A DNA stretch of 54,747 bases from Prorocentrum cordatum (taxonomy: Eukaryota), in assembly GCA_963575745.1 (NCBI GenBank), contig CAUYUJ010000218.1, positions 62,001 through 116,747 of the forward strand, written 5' to 3'. Made by a program: the position numbers and the translations under genes. The notes under the pieces were generated by a model. That model was not told where the DNA came from and did not search any database. It saw only the letters and a program-made list of their open reading frames with translations. This document shows positions 25,915 through 37,230 of this stretch, in pieces (the stretch's first letter is position 1; every line of letters begins with the position of its first letter).

Positions 25915-27630
25915 TTGGGGCTCGAGTGGGCGCCTAGGGAGGCCGCCCGCAGGAACTCTGACCTCACGTGTGTTGGCTTTCGAATTCCAGCCACGACACT
26001 TAACATTACGATTCCCGATTCAGTCTTTGCATCGAGTCGTTCCCGCTCCAGGCAGCGAGAACCTGCTTGGCACCGTCGACGGCGCCGCCATCGGGCAGAC
26101 GCTCGAACCCTTCTTCGGGTACACAGGGCAGTGCATCTTCTACGAGGGCACCACAGTGCTCAACAGCCCCCACGCGTCGCACCGATGGCGACAGGAACCC
26201 CAGGATGGACCTGCGGCTCTTGCAACGAGCGTGTCCAACACTGGCAGTGGTATTGTGCGTGCGGTGGTGCCTTTGCGGACAGGCGCAAGAAGTCACAAAG
26301 TCAGTCTCGGCGGCCACGATCAGCCAGCAAGTCAAGCAAGGCCACCTCCTCTCGCCAGCCGTGGGTCCAGATCGAGGCAAAGGCGAGGCCAGACTCCAGG
26401 AGGCCACCGCCACATCAGTCACGTCATCGCCCTCAAGAGCTGGTTCCTGCCACGCAGCAGTTTGCTCAGGCCCACCCCAACTGGGGCGAGTGGCAGGCCC
26501 CCACGGACATGCGCCACATGCAGGCCTTCAAAGACAGGCTCACTTCTCGCATGACAACGTTGGCAAAGGCAGCGGTGGCAGCGCTGCGGGCCCGCAAAGG
26601 CGACGAAGACTTCAAGGAGGAGCTCTCCATGCTCCGCTATTGCCAGGACCAGCTGCTACCACTGAAGCAGCAGAGAGAACAAGCACTGGCCAGGCTCAAC
26701 GAGGCGAAGGATCGATTGCACAACACATATGCCAGGATCAACATGCTCGAAGCTCAGGCCGAAGAAGTTCGGGAAGAAGTTGGGGACCTGAACCAGAGCC
26801 TGATCGACATCGACAACAAGATCAAGGCCGAGATTGCAGACATCATCCAGGATATTCCCAATCCCATGGTAGTGGAACCTGGCACAGCTCAGGGCACAGC
26901 TCCCTCGAGCTCAGGGCCACCATCAGAGGTGGCTCCATTCAAAGAGCAGCGCGATGCAGCCCTCCAGCAGCACGACCTCATCTATCAGCACAATCAGCAG
27001 ATGGAGGCGCAGATGAGGCTCATGCATCAGTATATGTTGAACCACTGCCCGCCTGCAGCTCCGCCACCACCAGTAGGCCCTTTCCCAACGCCTCAGGCGG
27101 CCGAGCCAGCGTCGGCGCCAGCAGTGGGGTTTCCAGCAGCAGGGAGTACAGCATCGGCGCCGGCTGCCCTCTCAGATGCTCAGCTCCAGGCGGCCATCAA
27201 CGAGATGTACAAAGCTCAGGGCATCCCGATTCCTACGGCGTTCATGACTGCAGCAGCGGCCTCCCCTCCTGGGACACGGACGGCAGCTTCGTTTGCAGCA
27301 GCAGCTTCAGCGACACCAGCGACCGCAGCTCCAGGGACACCACCGACGGCGGCCACAGCTCCCGAGGACAAACCAGTTCCTGGAACGCCTGGGCCGACCC
27401 AGATGTGGGGTCTCCCGCCAACGCAGGAGACACCTTACGTTGCGCCCGATCATTTCGCCCCGACCCAGATCAATCCCACTCAGGAGCAGCTCCGAGGCCC
27501 TCAGAGCTACATCGACCACAATGGCAAGATGTGCTTCAAGGGCAAAGGCAACGGCGTCAAAGAGAGGAGTCGGTCGCCTCCCGCGGGCGAGCCCGCACAT
27601 GTGTCTCAGCGCCTTGCCGACAGCGCATAG
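25915..27630 (+). CDS. LINE ORF1 (Cys4 zinc-ribbon motif, coiled coil, Pro/Ala-rich tail); first in-frame ATG at 26186
   Basis: WTCGSC-x9-CACG resembles a RanBP2-type finger; heptad-like LKQQREQALARLNEAKDRL...; lies directly upstream of ORF2. Confidence 0.7.
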   Translation: MGLEWAPREAARRNSDLTCVGFRIPATTLNITIPDSVFASSRSRSRQREPAWHRRRRRHRADARTLLRVHRAVHLLRGHHSAQQPPRVAPMATGTPGWTCGSCNERVQHWQWYCACGGAFADRRKKSQSQSRRPRSASKSSKATSSRQPWVQIEAKARPDSRRPPPHQSRHRPQELVPATQQFAQAHPNWGEWQAPTDMRHMQAFKDRLTSRMTTLAKAAVAALRARKGDEDFKEELSMLRYCQDQLLPLKQQREQALARLNEAKDRLHNTYARINMLEAQAEEVREEVGDLNQSLIDIDNKIKAEIADIIQDIPNPMVVEPGTAQGTAPSSSGPPSEVAPFKEQRDAALQQHDLIYQHNQQMEAQMRLMHQYMLNHCPPAAPPPPVGPFPTPQAAEPASAPAVGFPAAGSTASAPAALSDAQLQAAINEMYKAQGIPIPTAFMTAAAASPPGTRTAASFAAAASATPATAAPGTPPTAATAPEDKPVPGTPGPTQMWGLPPTQETPYVAPDHFAPTQINPTQEQLRGPQSYIDHNGKMCFKGKGNGVKERSRSPPAGEPAHVSQRLADSA

Positions 27631-29699
27631 GGATCTCCTGGGGCTACGTCCACGCGCAGTTCTACGATCCTGAGCTTCAAGTAGACACAGGTGAGGCCAG
27701 CCAATTATCTGAGCCGCCCTATTCAGTGCCTCTCTCGTCCTCACACATATGATGCACCAGCACGCGGGTCTAGACGTGCTCAATACATCCTCTCTCCCTG
27801 CCATGGATTTTTCAGTCCTCCCACGGTCGACCGATGCCAGCGCCTCCCAGCAGTATACCCACCCAACAGCTCTCGCTCCGCTACCAGATTTTGCGCCTAC
27901 GAGTGCTGGCAGAGGGCACGAGCCAGCTTCTATCAGCCAGTCTGTGCGAGCCAATGATCGAGCCACTTGCGGGGACGGCGGGTGGAGGTCGGGTGGGGAA
28001 GAACGACTACGGCTGACTTTTAAGCTTGCGAGTAACTCCGGGTTTGAGCCAATCGCACAATACCAACTGCATGCTGTTAGTAATCTTCCCACTGGCGGCG
28101 CGGGGTCAAGACGCCACAATGATAGCTCGGATGCTAGGGAAAAGGCATCCTACCTTCGGCACGTTCAGCCACTGGAACCCCCAGTGATGGCAGACACCTC
28201 ATCCTCCCCTTCCTCCAAGCCTGCCCCTCCAGGCCTGCTTGAAGCAATCTCGGCCTCTGAGCTCCTAACTGAGAGGCTTTCGCACAAGCTCAAGCCGTGG
28301 TACTACAATGCCATTTTTATGCCAGATGACCAGGCAATGGCCATGTGGCTTGAAGATTGTGTTCCGTGGGTAGAAGCATGCTTGCGCACCCTTCCACGCT
28401 TTCATTCGCTCTTGCACCCTACACACGGTATCAATAGCAGGCGTGAATTGCGCAGCCAGGAGGAAATAATCTGCAGCGTGGCATGGCAACTCTCAGAAGC
28501 TCGTCGCTCAGCCTATCTACAGCGTCTTGGGCGCACGAGGGTTGCTTTTCCGACTCAGCACGGCTTGGAGCTACAGGGCGCTCTTGATGCCTACCTCCGT
28601 GCAAGGCACGTGATCTGTGTCCAGGCAGGCCGACCAGGCCATCTCGCCAATCCACACTGGGCTGGACAAGCGTGGCGTTTTTGGGAGGCCCCTCTCCACT
28701 CGCACGACTATCAGCCGCCTGCCGCCGCGTCTGAGCCTTCAACAGGAAACTCCCTTCCCTCGGACCCGCCTCCTCCTGGCCAAGACGGCCGGGACAGTGA
28801 GGTGCAGGGCCCCAGCGGCCCTGGCCGTGCGGTCTCTCCCAGGGACCCGCAGTCCGATTTCAGCGAAAGCTCAGACTCCAGCCTTTTGCAACATTTTGTT
28901 AGCACTACTAGGCTCTCTGCGCGAGACAACACGCAATTTGTCTCGTCAGTTACCTCGCAGGATCCGTGCCCCACTCTGGACCAGACTCCTGCTGGCCTCA
29001 CTGGCCATGAGCAGGAGTCAAGGAACCTCGGCGTTCTTTCCGCGGGGCTGCCCTCGGGATCGTACATGAACCCCAGCGAGGATCCTGACACCAGTCACTT
29101 TCAATCCCTTGCCGCGGCTGCTACCCCCTCGGTGGCGCAGCCTGTCACCCTGTGCCTCGTCGACCTCTTACAGTTGAGGTCGCACGAGATGAGCTCAGTG
29201 GGACTCACCACTTCGAGCGATTTCTCCAGCAAGCGCGCCGCGCCTGTACCTGACACCTCTTTGGTCACACAGGGTGAAGCCATCCAGCAGGACTGTTTCA
29301 GCGCATGCCCGAGCGCTCAGTACATCCCTGCTCCTCCTCCCGTCTCCCACGACCCACCTATGGCCCGCGTCCTGGCTCCTTCAAGAGGGGGCAGCGAGTC
29401 GTCGCACACCGCTGGCTCTGTCTTCCCCTCAGTTCCAGGCCATGGCGACGGCTCCTGGGGCCCATTGTCATCCCCCAATATCTCGGAGCGCCTTGCGGAA
29501 AAGACCCGCTCGCATCGATCGTCGCCGCCCGTGTCTCCATCGCCCCTGCATTGCGATCTCGGCCGTCTCCCCACCGCATGGCTTGACAGGGGCGTCAGGT
29601 ACTCTCTCGCGTGGCGACGCGAGGCTGTCCCCGATTTGGAGGAACCAGGAAGCGTGGCCTTCAGTCTTTGTCTGCCCAGGTTCGGTGATTGGGAGCACC

Positions 29700-30162
29700 A
29701 ACACTATTATGCTGATGCGTCTATCGACCCATCCGATAACACCACTGCGAGCTGGGGGTTGGTCGCGCTCTCTCAGGGCAAGGAAGGCTATGCCTATGGG
29801 CGTTCGTCTGTTCCCAGTGGACCCAATCCTGCATTCTGGACCCCCCCAAAGACTTGGACAGCACGGACGTTGAGCTTCTCGCCTTAGCCTGGGCCCTGCT
29901 TGCTGCCCTCGCTCAGGAAGCGCCCGTGCCAGTCACCATCTGGAGTGACAGCCTTAACGCTGTTGAATTTCTCAATGGCAGGTCCAACAGCAAGTCTAAC
30001 AGAGATATCGCCAGACTCACCTATGCGCTTCTGGCCAGAAGTAGACACCGGTGCGAAATCCAGATATGCCATGTCAAAGGGCATGTGGAACATCCCTGGA
30101 ACACTATCGTGGACAACATCGCTCGGGCCACCATGAAAGGTAAGTTAGACCCTTCTATGTGA
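29700..30162 (+). pseudogene. RNase H domain of the DNMT-LINE ORF2 (frameshifted ~29790-29860)
   Basis: YYADAS..SWGLV, then STDVELLAL, VTIWSDSLNAV and ICHVKGHVEHPWNTIVDNIAR: the D-E-D-H-D RNase HI pattern. Confidence 0.8.
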
Positions 30163-30379
30163 CCCGCCCCCCTGTATGATCTAACTGACTTCACCCGTGC
30201 CGTTGAATGGGCTTGGCTACTCGACGCCCCATCAGAGGTTGCCTCAGCTTATCCTTCTCTTGTGCAGACGCAAATTGGTGAGTGCATTCATCTCTCTTTC
30301 GTCGCCTCGCTGCCATGCTCCCATGCCACCCTCCGTGACCTCGCCACTCCCGCCCCCACGCGTCTGCAGCATCAAGTGA

Positions 30380-31170
30380 TAGCTCTCTCATTGGCCCAGT
30401 ATAACACGCGCTCACTTGCGGCTTCCCACAAAAAGTCGAGTAATGCCTACGTCCAAGGCATGAGGTCCCACTTGACCAGGCAACAGTTTCGTGACAAGAA
30501 AATCCATCTCGTTGGGATCCAGGAGGCGCGTACCCCCCAGGGCTCGAAGAGAAAGGGCGCCTACCAAGTTTTGGCTGCAGGACACATTAATCACTCGGCG
30601 GGAGTCGAGCTTTGGGTCAACCTTGAGGAACCCTACGGACAATGCCATGGCCGCCCTTTGCTCTTTCATCCCCGCCATCTCTCCGTGCTTTATGCCGCTC
30701 CACGTCTTCTTATCGTGCGGATTCAAGCACCAGGACTCGAACTCACTGTTGCCGTTGCACATGCCTATCAGTCTGGCCACAAAGCTTCGGATCGGGAGGC
30801 CTTCTAGACCCTCCTGGACGAACAGCTTGCCGCCTGGGGAGTCCAAATCATGCTTGTCGACGCAAATGCGCGACTCGGCACCCACACGGACGCTACGGTT
30901 GGGGATCAGGGATTTTGCCAGGACGAGGACCCTCCTGGGACGAGATTCAGGCAATCTCTCAACGAAGCGGCTCTGGTAGCTGCCAACACCATGCAAGGTG
31001 ATAGTGATGACTACACATTTGTCACCAACAAGAATGTTCGGCACCGCATTGACTACATATGCGTTGCCCAGGGCATGGCTTCCAACATATCTGCCGTTCA
31101 TACTTGGAAGGAGCTTGACAACTTCTCTAAGCAGCGCGACCATCTTGCCGTGCTTGCCAATCTCACCCTT
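30380..31170 (+). pseudogene. APE/EEP endonuclease domain of the DNMT-LINE (in-frame TAG at 30805-30807)
   Basis: QYNTRSL, VGIQEART, LVDANARLG, RHRIDYICV, RDHLAV. Confidence 0.85.
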
Positions 31171-32012
31171 CATCAGGAGCGAGTTGTTCGTCAAACCTCG
31201 TCGACACGGCTGGACGATGACCTTCTCAGAGGCCCCGACAGAGTCGCGCAGTTTCAGGAGCGTCTCTCGGAGACCCCCCCCATATGATGGTCAGTTTCCC
31301 CATCGGAACACATGACCTCGGTCACCAAGCAGGTTAATCAAGTTGCGAAGGAGGTTTTCACCCGCCCAGGGAGTCGTCCTAGACAATCGTACATCACTGC
31401 TTCCTCCCACCTGCTTGTGCTTGCCCGCCGCGGAGCCCTTCGTGTCTTGCGCAAGGTGGCGCGTCCCTCGGCACTGCCTCCTGGGGCCACGGTTCCTAGG
31501 ATTCTCTCTCACTTTGCGGGTCGGTGGACCAGTGGGGACCTCGGCCAGGGACGCAAAAAACTGCTGGACTCTCCTTGGGACGCCCTTTACACTTCTGTGA
31601 GGCAGGTTGCCCTTCGGTGTCTCAACGGTGCTGCGCACCACGACGAGTTCATGCTTGCCCTCCATGCCTTTATTCTCAGATCCAAGCATGCTCTTGCCAA
31701 CCAGCTCGAAAAAGACAGGGTTCTTTTTCTCGAAGGTATTGCGCAGGAGGCTCAGCTGTCTGTTGACGGGGGCATGGCCAGACAGGCCTGGCAAAGGTGC
31801 CACAAGCTTCTGCGCTTCGGGGGGTGTAACAAAAAGCCCACGGCCTTCCCGTACATGCTCGATAGCCAGGGTGACCCGCTTGCCTCCTCTGATCTGGTGG
31901 CGCAGCACATGCAAGAATTCTTCGGAGGTATTGAGAAAGCGCAGGCTCTCACCGACCAAGAGGTTGTCGATTATTACAACCGGGCGCCCCCCCCTCTTGC
32001 CCCCCCCCCCCC

Positions 32013-33744
32013 GAGATTCGGTCTCTTTACAACCAGAACAACCACTTTACAACCAGATGGGTTACTTTGCAACAAACATAGGATTGGAAAGTCTGGTTTT
32101 TCATCGAGAACGTCCACTTTGCAACCAGAACGGCCCACTTTACAACCAGAACGGACCACTTTACAACCAGAACGGGCCACTTTACAACCAGAACGGACCA
32201 CTTTACAACCAACTCAGAGTGGCCGTGCGTGTTTGGGCGTTCCGCAAAGTGCTCCAGAGCAAGTGGGCGCACTGAAAAATGCCCCAGAGCAAGTGGGCGC
32301 TCTGAAAAATGCTCCAGAGCAAGTGGGCGCTCTCAAAAGTGCTCCAGGGCGCGCGGACGCTCTGAAAAGTGATCCAGAGCACGTGGGCGCTCTGGAGCCC
32401 GAGCGCCTGAACTCTCCGCGCAGGCCCCAGCGATGCCTCTGAGCCCGAGGACCTGGACGCTCTGCGCAGGCCCCAGCGATGCCTCTGAGCCCGAGGACCT
32501 GGACGCTCCGCGCAGGCCCCAGCGATGCCTCTGAGCCCGAGCGCCTGGACGCTCTGAGCAGGCCCCAGCGATGCCTCTGAGCCCGAGCGCCTGGACGCTC
32601 TGGCGCTCTGAGCCCAGCAGACTAAGACAGGGCTTGCTAGCAGGGGCCAAGCGGCCTCAACAAGGGCCCCGCGCTCGCACGGGAATAAGGCGACAGCATA
32701 CGTAGGAAGGCTCAGGGCGACGCGCTGCCCATTTTAGGGATCACTCACAGGAAGCGAGCCCAGTGGCCTCCACAAGGGCCCAGCGCTCCAGGGAACTAGG
32801 CCATTGGCACCGCGGGTCTCTTGGGCCACGTTGGCCCCTGAAGCCCCGCGGTGTTCTGCAAGGGGCTAAGTGCGCCAGCTCCAGTTGGCCCCCTGCTGCT
32901 CCTCGTCTTGGAAGATCGAGGTTCAACGTTCCGAATAAATGCAACTATTTCGAAGATCGTTTCTTCCAGCGTCAGCCACAGTGCCAGCGCAGCAACGCAG
33001 GTATCCTGCTCGGGCAGCAGCCTCAGCCACCGTGCCAGCGCAGCAGCTTGAGCCACCGTGACAGCGCATCACCGCCACCTTTGTGTCTGCTACCACCACA
33101 CTTACCGCTGCAGCCCAGCTACCTCCACAATTCCGACTGACCCCCCGCTACTACCGCAAATCCCATTGCAGCCCAGCGACCACCACAATTCCCACCGTTG
33201 CCTGGCGACCACCACAGTTGCCACCGCAGCTTCCCGACACCATGCAGTTCCCATTGTAGCCCCCGCTACCACCACATCTCCCACTACAGCTTTCCACTGC
33301 CATGCAGCTCCAGTCTTGGACGGGATCATGGTTTATTCGTATGCCCTGCGCGACTAGCCTTCGCCCGTCAGAAAAAAAGCAGAGCAAGCAATGGCAGAAC
33401 TGACCGGCAGAGCTTAGAGAGCAGGTCAAAACTCGAATCCGCCCACCAGCACGCAACATGCCATAGCGCACCAGGTCGCCGCATCGCCAACTCGTGCGCA
33501 GTGCTTCTTCGTGCGCGATGGGCAACTTCACAACCAACATGCCTCAAAGAGCCCAAAGCCACCCTTGCGCTTGCCCACGGAGATTTCAGGGAAAGGCACG
33601 CGTGCATTCAATATGTGTTTTTACTTGCCTGGTTGTAAAGTGCCCTTCCTGGTTGTAAAGTGCCCTTCTCGGATGTTGTACGCTGGTTGTAAAGTGACCC
33701 ATATGGTTGTAAAGTGCGCTTCTGGTTGTAAAGTGACGCACACG
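32013..33744. mobile_element. Foldback/Mutator-like non-autonomous TIR element, copy 1
   Basis: Left arm of CACTTTACAACCAG modules (21-bp period), right arm of the reverse complement CTGGTTGTAAAGTG, ~65-bp imperfect TIR. Internal 30-bp and 46-bp minisatellites; flanked by C-runs. Confidence 0.75.
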
Positions 33745-33757
33745 CCCCCCCCCCCCC

Positions 33758-35537
33758 GAGATTCGATCTCTTTACAACCAGAACAACCACTTTACAACCA
33801 GATGGGTTACTTTACAACCAACATAGGATTGGAAAGTATGGTTTTTCATCGAGAACGTCCACTTTGCAACCAGAACGGCCCACTTTACAACCAGAACGGA
33901 CCACTTTACAACCAGAACGGGCCACTTTACAACCAGAACGGACCACTTTACAACCAGCTCAGAGTGGCCGTGCGTGTTTGGGCGTTCCGCAAAGTGCTCC
34001 AGAGCAAGTGGGCGCTCTGAAAAATGCCCCAGAGCAAGTGGGCGCTCTGAAAAATGCTCCAGAGCAAGTGGGCGCTCTCAAAAGTGCTCCAGGGCGCGCG
34101 GACGCTCTGAAAAGTGCTCCAGAGCACGTGGGCGCTCTGGAGCCCGAGCGCCTGAACTCTCTGCGCAGGCCCCAGCGATGCCTCTGAGCCCGAGCGCCTG
34201 AACGCCCTGCGCAGGCCCCAGCGATGCCTCTGAGCCCGAGGACCTGGGCGCTCTGCGCAGGCCCCAGCGATGCCTCTGAGCCCGAGGACCTGGACGCTCT
34301 GCGCAGGCCCCAGCGATGCCTCTGAACCCGAGCGCCTGGACGCTCTGAGCAGGCCCCAGCGATGCCTCTGAGCCCGAGCGCCTGGACGCTCTGGCGCTCT
34401 GAGCCCAGCAGATTAAGACAGGGCTTGCTAGCAGGGGCCAAGCGGCCTCAACAAGGGCCCCGTGCTCGCACGGGAATAAGGCGACAGCATACGTAGGAAG
34501 GCTCAGGGCGACGCGCTGCCCATTTTAGGGATCCCTCACAGGAAGCGAGCCCAGTGGCCTCCACAAGGGCCCAGCGCCCCAGGGAACTAGGCCATTGGCA
34601 CCGCGGGTCTCTTGGGCCACGTTGGCCCTTGAAGCCCCACGGTGTCCTGCAAGGGGCTAAGCGCTCCAGCTCCAGGTGGCCCCCGGCTGCTCCTCTTCTT
34701 GGAAGATCGAGGTTCAACGTTCCGAATAAATGCAACTATTTCGAATATCGTTCCTTCCAGCGTCAGCCACAGTGCCAGCGCAGCAGCGCAGGTATCCTGC
34801 TCGGGCAGCAGCCTCAGCCACCGTGCCAGCGCAGCAGCTTGAGCCACCGTGACAGCGCATCACCGCCACCTTTGTGCTTGCTACCACCACACTTACCGCT
34901 GCAGCCCCGCTGCCTCCACCATTCCGACGGACCCCCCGCTACCACCGCAAATCCCATTGCAGCCGAGCTACCACCACAGTTCCCACCGTTGCCTGGCGAC
35001 CACCACGGTTGCCACCGCAGCTTCCCAACACCATGCAGTTCCCATTGTAGCCCCCGCTACCACCACATCTCCCACTACAGCTTCCCGCTGCCATGCAGCT
35101 CCAGTCTTGGACGGGATCATGGTTTATTCGTATGTCCTGCGCGACTAGCCTTCGTCCGTCAGAAAAAAAAGGCAGAGCAAGCAATGGCAAAACTGGCCGA
35201 CAGAGCTTAGAGAGCAGGTCAAAACCCTAATCCGCCCACCAGCACGCAACCTACCATAGCGCACGAGGTCGCCGCATCGCCAACGCGTGCGCAGTGCTTC
35301 TTCGTGCGCGATGGGCAACTTCACAACCAACATGCATCAAAGAGCCCAAAGCCACCCTTGCGCTTGCCCACGGAGATTTCAGGGAAAGGCCCGCGTGCAT
35401 TCAATATGTGTTTTTACTTGCCTGGTTGTAAAGTGCCCTTCCTGGTTGTAAAGTGCCCTTCTCGGATTTTGTAAGCTGGTTGTAAAGTGACCCATCTGGT
35501 TGCGAAGTGCGCTTCTGGTTGTAAAGTGACCCACGCG
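33758..35537. mobile_element. Foldback/Mutator-like non-autonomous TIR element, copy 2 (tandem)
   Basis: Direct, slightly diverged repeat of 32013-33744 with one extra 46-bp unit. Confidence 0.75.
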
Positions 35538-36079
35538 CCCCCCCCCCCCCCCCCTGTGTGCTCTCAGGCTCCCCCCGCTTGTGGCACCCCCTTCCCCGAG
35601 ACTGAAAGGAGGCGCGACGCTGGTACAGGACGAGGATCCCCAAACCCGCCTGGTCCGTTGCAGCTCCCTCTTGCTGTGTCATCTCTTGCTCCCCATGCTA
35701 CCTCTTCGCGTGCACCCGCGCCCGCCGCCCCCCCCCCCCCCCCCCCCCCCGATCGTGAACCCGCACCGCGACCACGACCGCCCCGACAGCGCGGAGGGAG
35801 GGGGCAGCGCGACGATGTCACCCAAGAAACCAGGATACAGTGAAGATAAAGGAGGGACCTGCTCTACTGGCTCTTTACCTTGGCCGCGAGCTGAGGAAAG
35901 GGTTGCACGCGAGTGTTGGAGCCCCAATTCTCCTGCTGAGTATCCTCTTGAGCAGACGCAGCACTATGCGTGGGATGGGGAGCGCACCGCTCCCGACTCT
36001 CTTGCCTTGCAGCCCCCTGCCGCTGTTGCTGGCCAGGTCCCCCCCCCGCTCGAGTCTGGATGCACCCCCGCCCATCTCG

Positions 36080-37230
36080 ATGTCCAGCTTCTCATGCGAA
36101 GGGCCTCTATGACCACTGCTGCTGGCCCTGATGGGCCGCGCGACGCCTTACAACACGTTGCGCCTGGGACGATGACCGCCCTTTTCCTTCCCCTGCTTTG
36201 CAAAACGTCCATGGGAGGAAAGGAGCCCCTTGGCTTCAAAGACGGGCGGGTTGTTTGGTTCTATAAAGGAGCCAAAGAAGTTTTCCTGGCGCGCAATCAG
36301 CGCAACATCCTGAAGGCGAACACCATAGGCAAACTCTTCCATCGTTTCGTCAGGGGTCGTGCGCTGGACTTTCTTCAACAGGTGCTGTTGTCGTCGCAGC
36401 AGGGTGGCCTCCTTGGGCGGTCTTGCGACACCTCTGGGCACGTTGTCAGGTTGCATTGGAAGATTGCCCAACGCAAAAAGGCTAGCAGCACAGCCATCTT
36501 GCTTGATCTCTCCAATGCTTTCTATTCCGTCATCAGACAGTTTGCACTCTCTTTGCCGCAGGATCAGGAGGACATCTCTCGCATCCTTCTCACTTGTGAC
36601 TTGCCACCTGTGCTTGTTCATGCGGTTGGTCTTGAGCTTGAAACGGATAGGCCCGTTTTCGAGAACACCCTCCCCTCTTCCCACCTGCTTGCCCTCTTGC
36701 AAGAAAGTCAGTCTGGGGCCTTTTGGAAGACTGAGGGCAGTCAGGGATATGTTCGACCCCGCACGGGCACTAGACCTGGCACCATCCCTGCCACCGATGT
36801 TTTTAATCTTGTGTTCACCAAGGTGCATTTTTATGTTGGCGCCAGCATGCAAGACAGGGGACTCATCTGGGAGCTCCCCTCGGCCCCCCCACTTCTTGCC
36901 AGACCCAAGGACGTCGAAAGTGCCCGCCCCGCCACTTCGTTTGTCGACGACATGCACATTGTCAATGCCACTACGCGTGCAAAGGATCTCCTTGGACTCA
37001 CGCAGCAGACGCTTGACATTCTTTATGAGGGGGTCAGTCGTCTTGGGATGAAGTTGAATCCTGACAAGACTGTCATCATGCTCGCCTTTCGTGGGAAGGG
37101 ATCCAAGGCGGCCAGGCTTCAAGCCTTCTGTGGAGAGGCTCCCCGTATTATCTCCCCCAAGTGGCGTGTGTGTGTTCAGGTGGTTGCCACGCATAAAGTC
37201 CTGGGTTCGGGTCGACCAGGGTGGTTCCAT
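36080..37230 (+). pseudogene. Reverse transcriptase domain of the DNMT-LINE
   Basis: In ORF 35581..37515: AAGPDG, FYKG, RNILKANTIGK, LLDLSNAFYSV, GTRPG, SFVDD, LGMKLNPDKT, HKVLGS. A 1-nt frameshift near 37210 links it to ORF 37091..39298. Confidence 0.9.

Noticed and set aside
32110..32600. CRISPR-like regular repeats (21, 30 and 46 bp)
   Set aside because: Head-to-tail minisatellites with no unique spacers and no cas genes; eukaryotic context.
32013..35537. Pair of LTRs
   Set aside because: The copies are adjacent with no internal region, have no TG..CA ends, and each has inverted terminal arrays.
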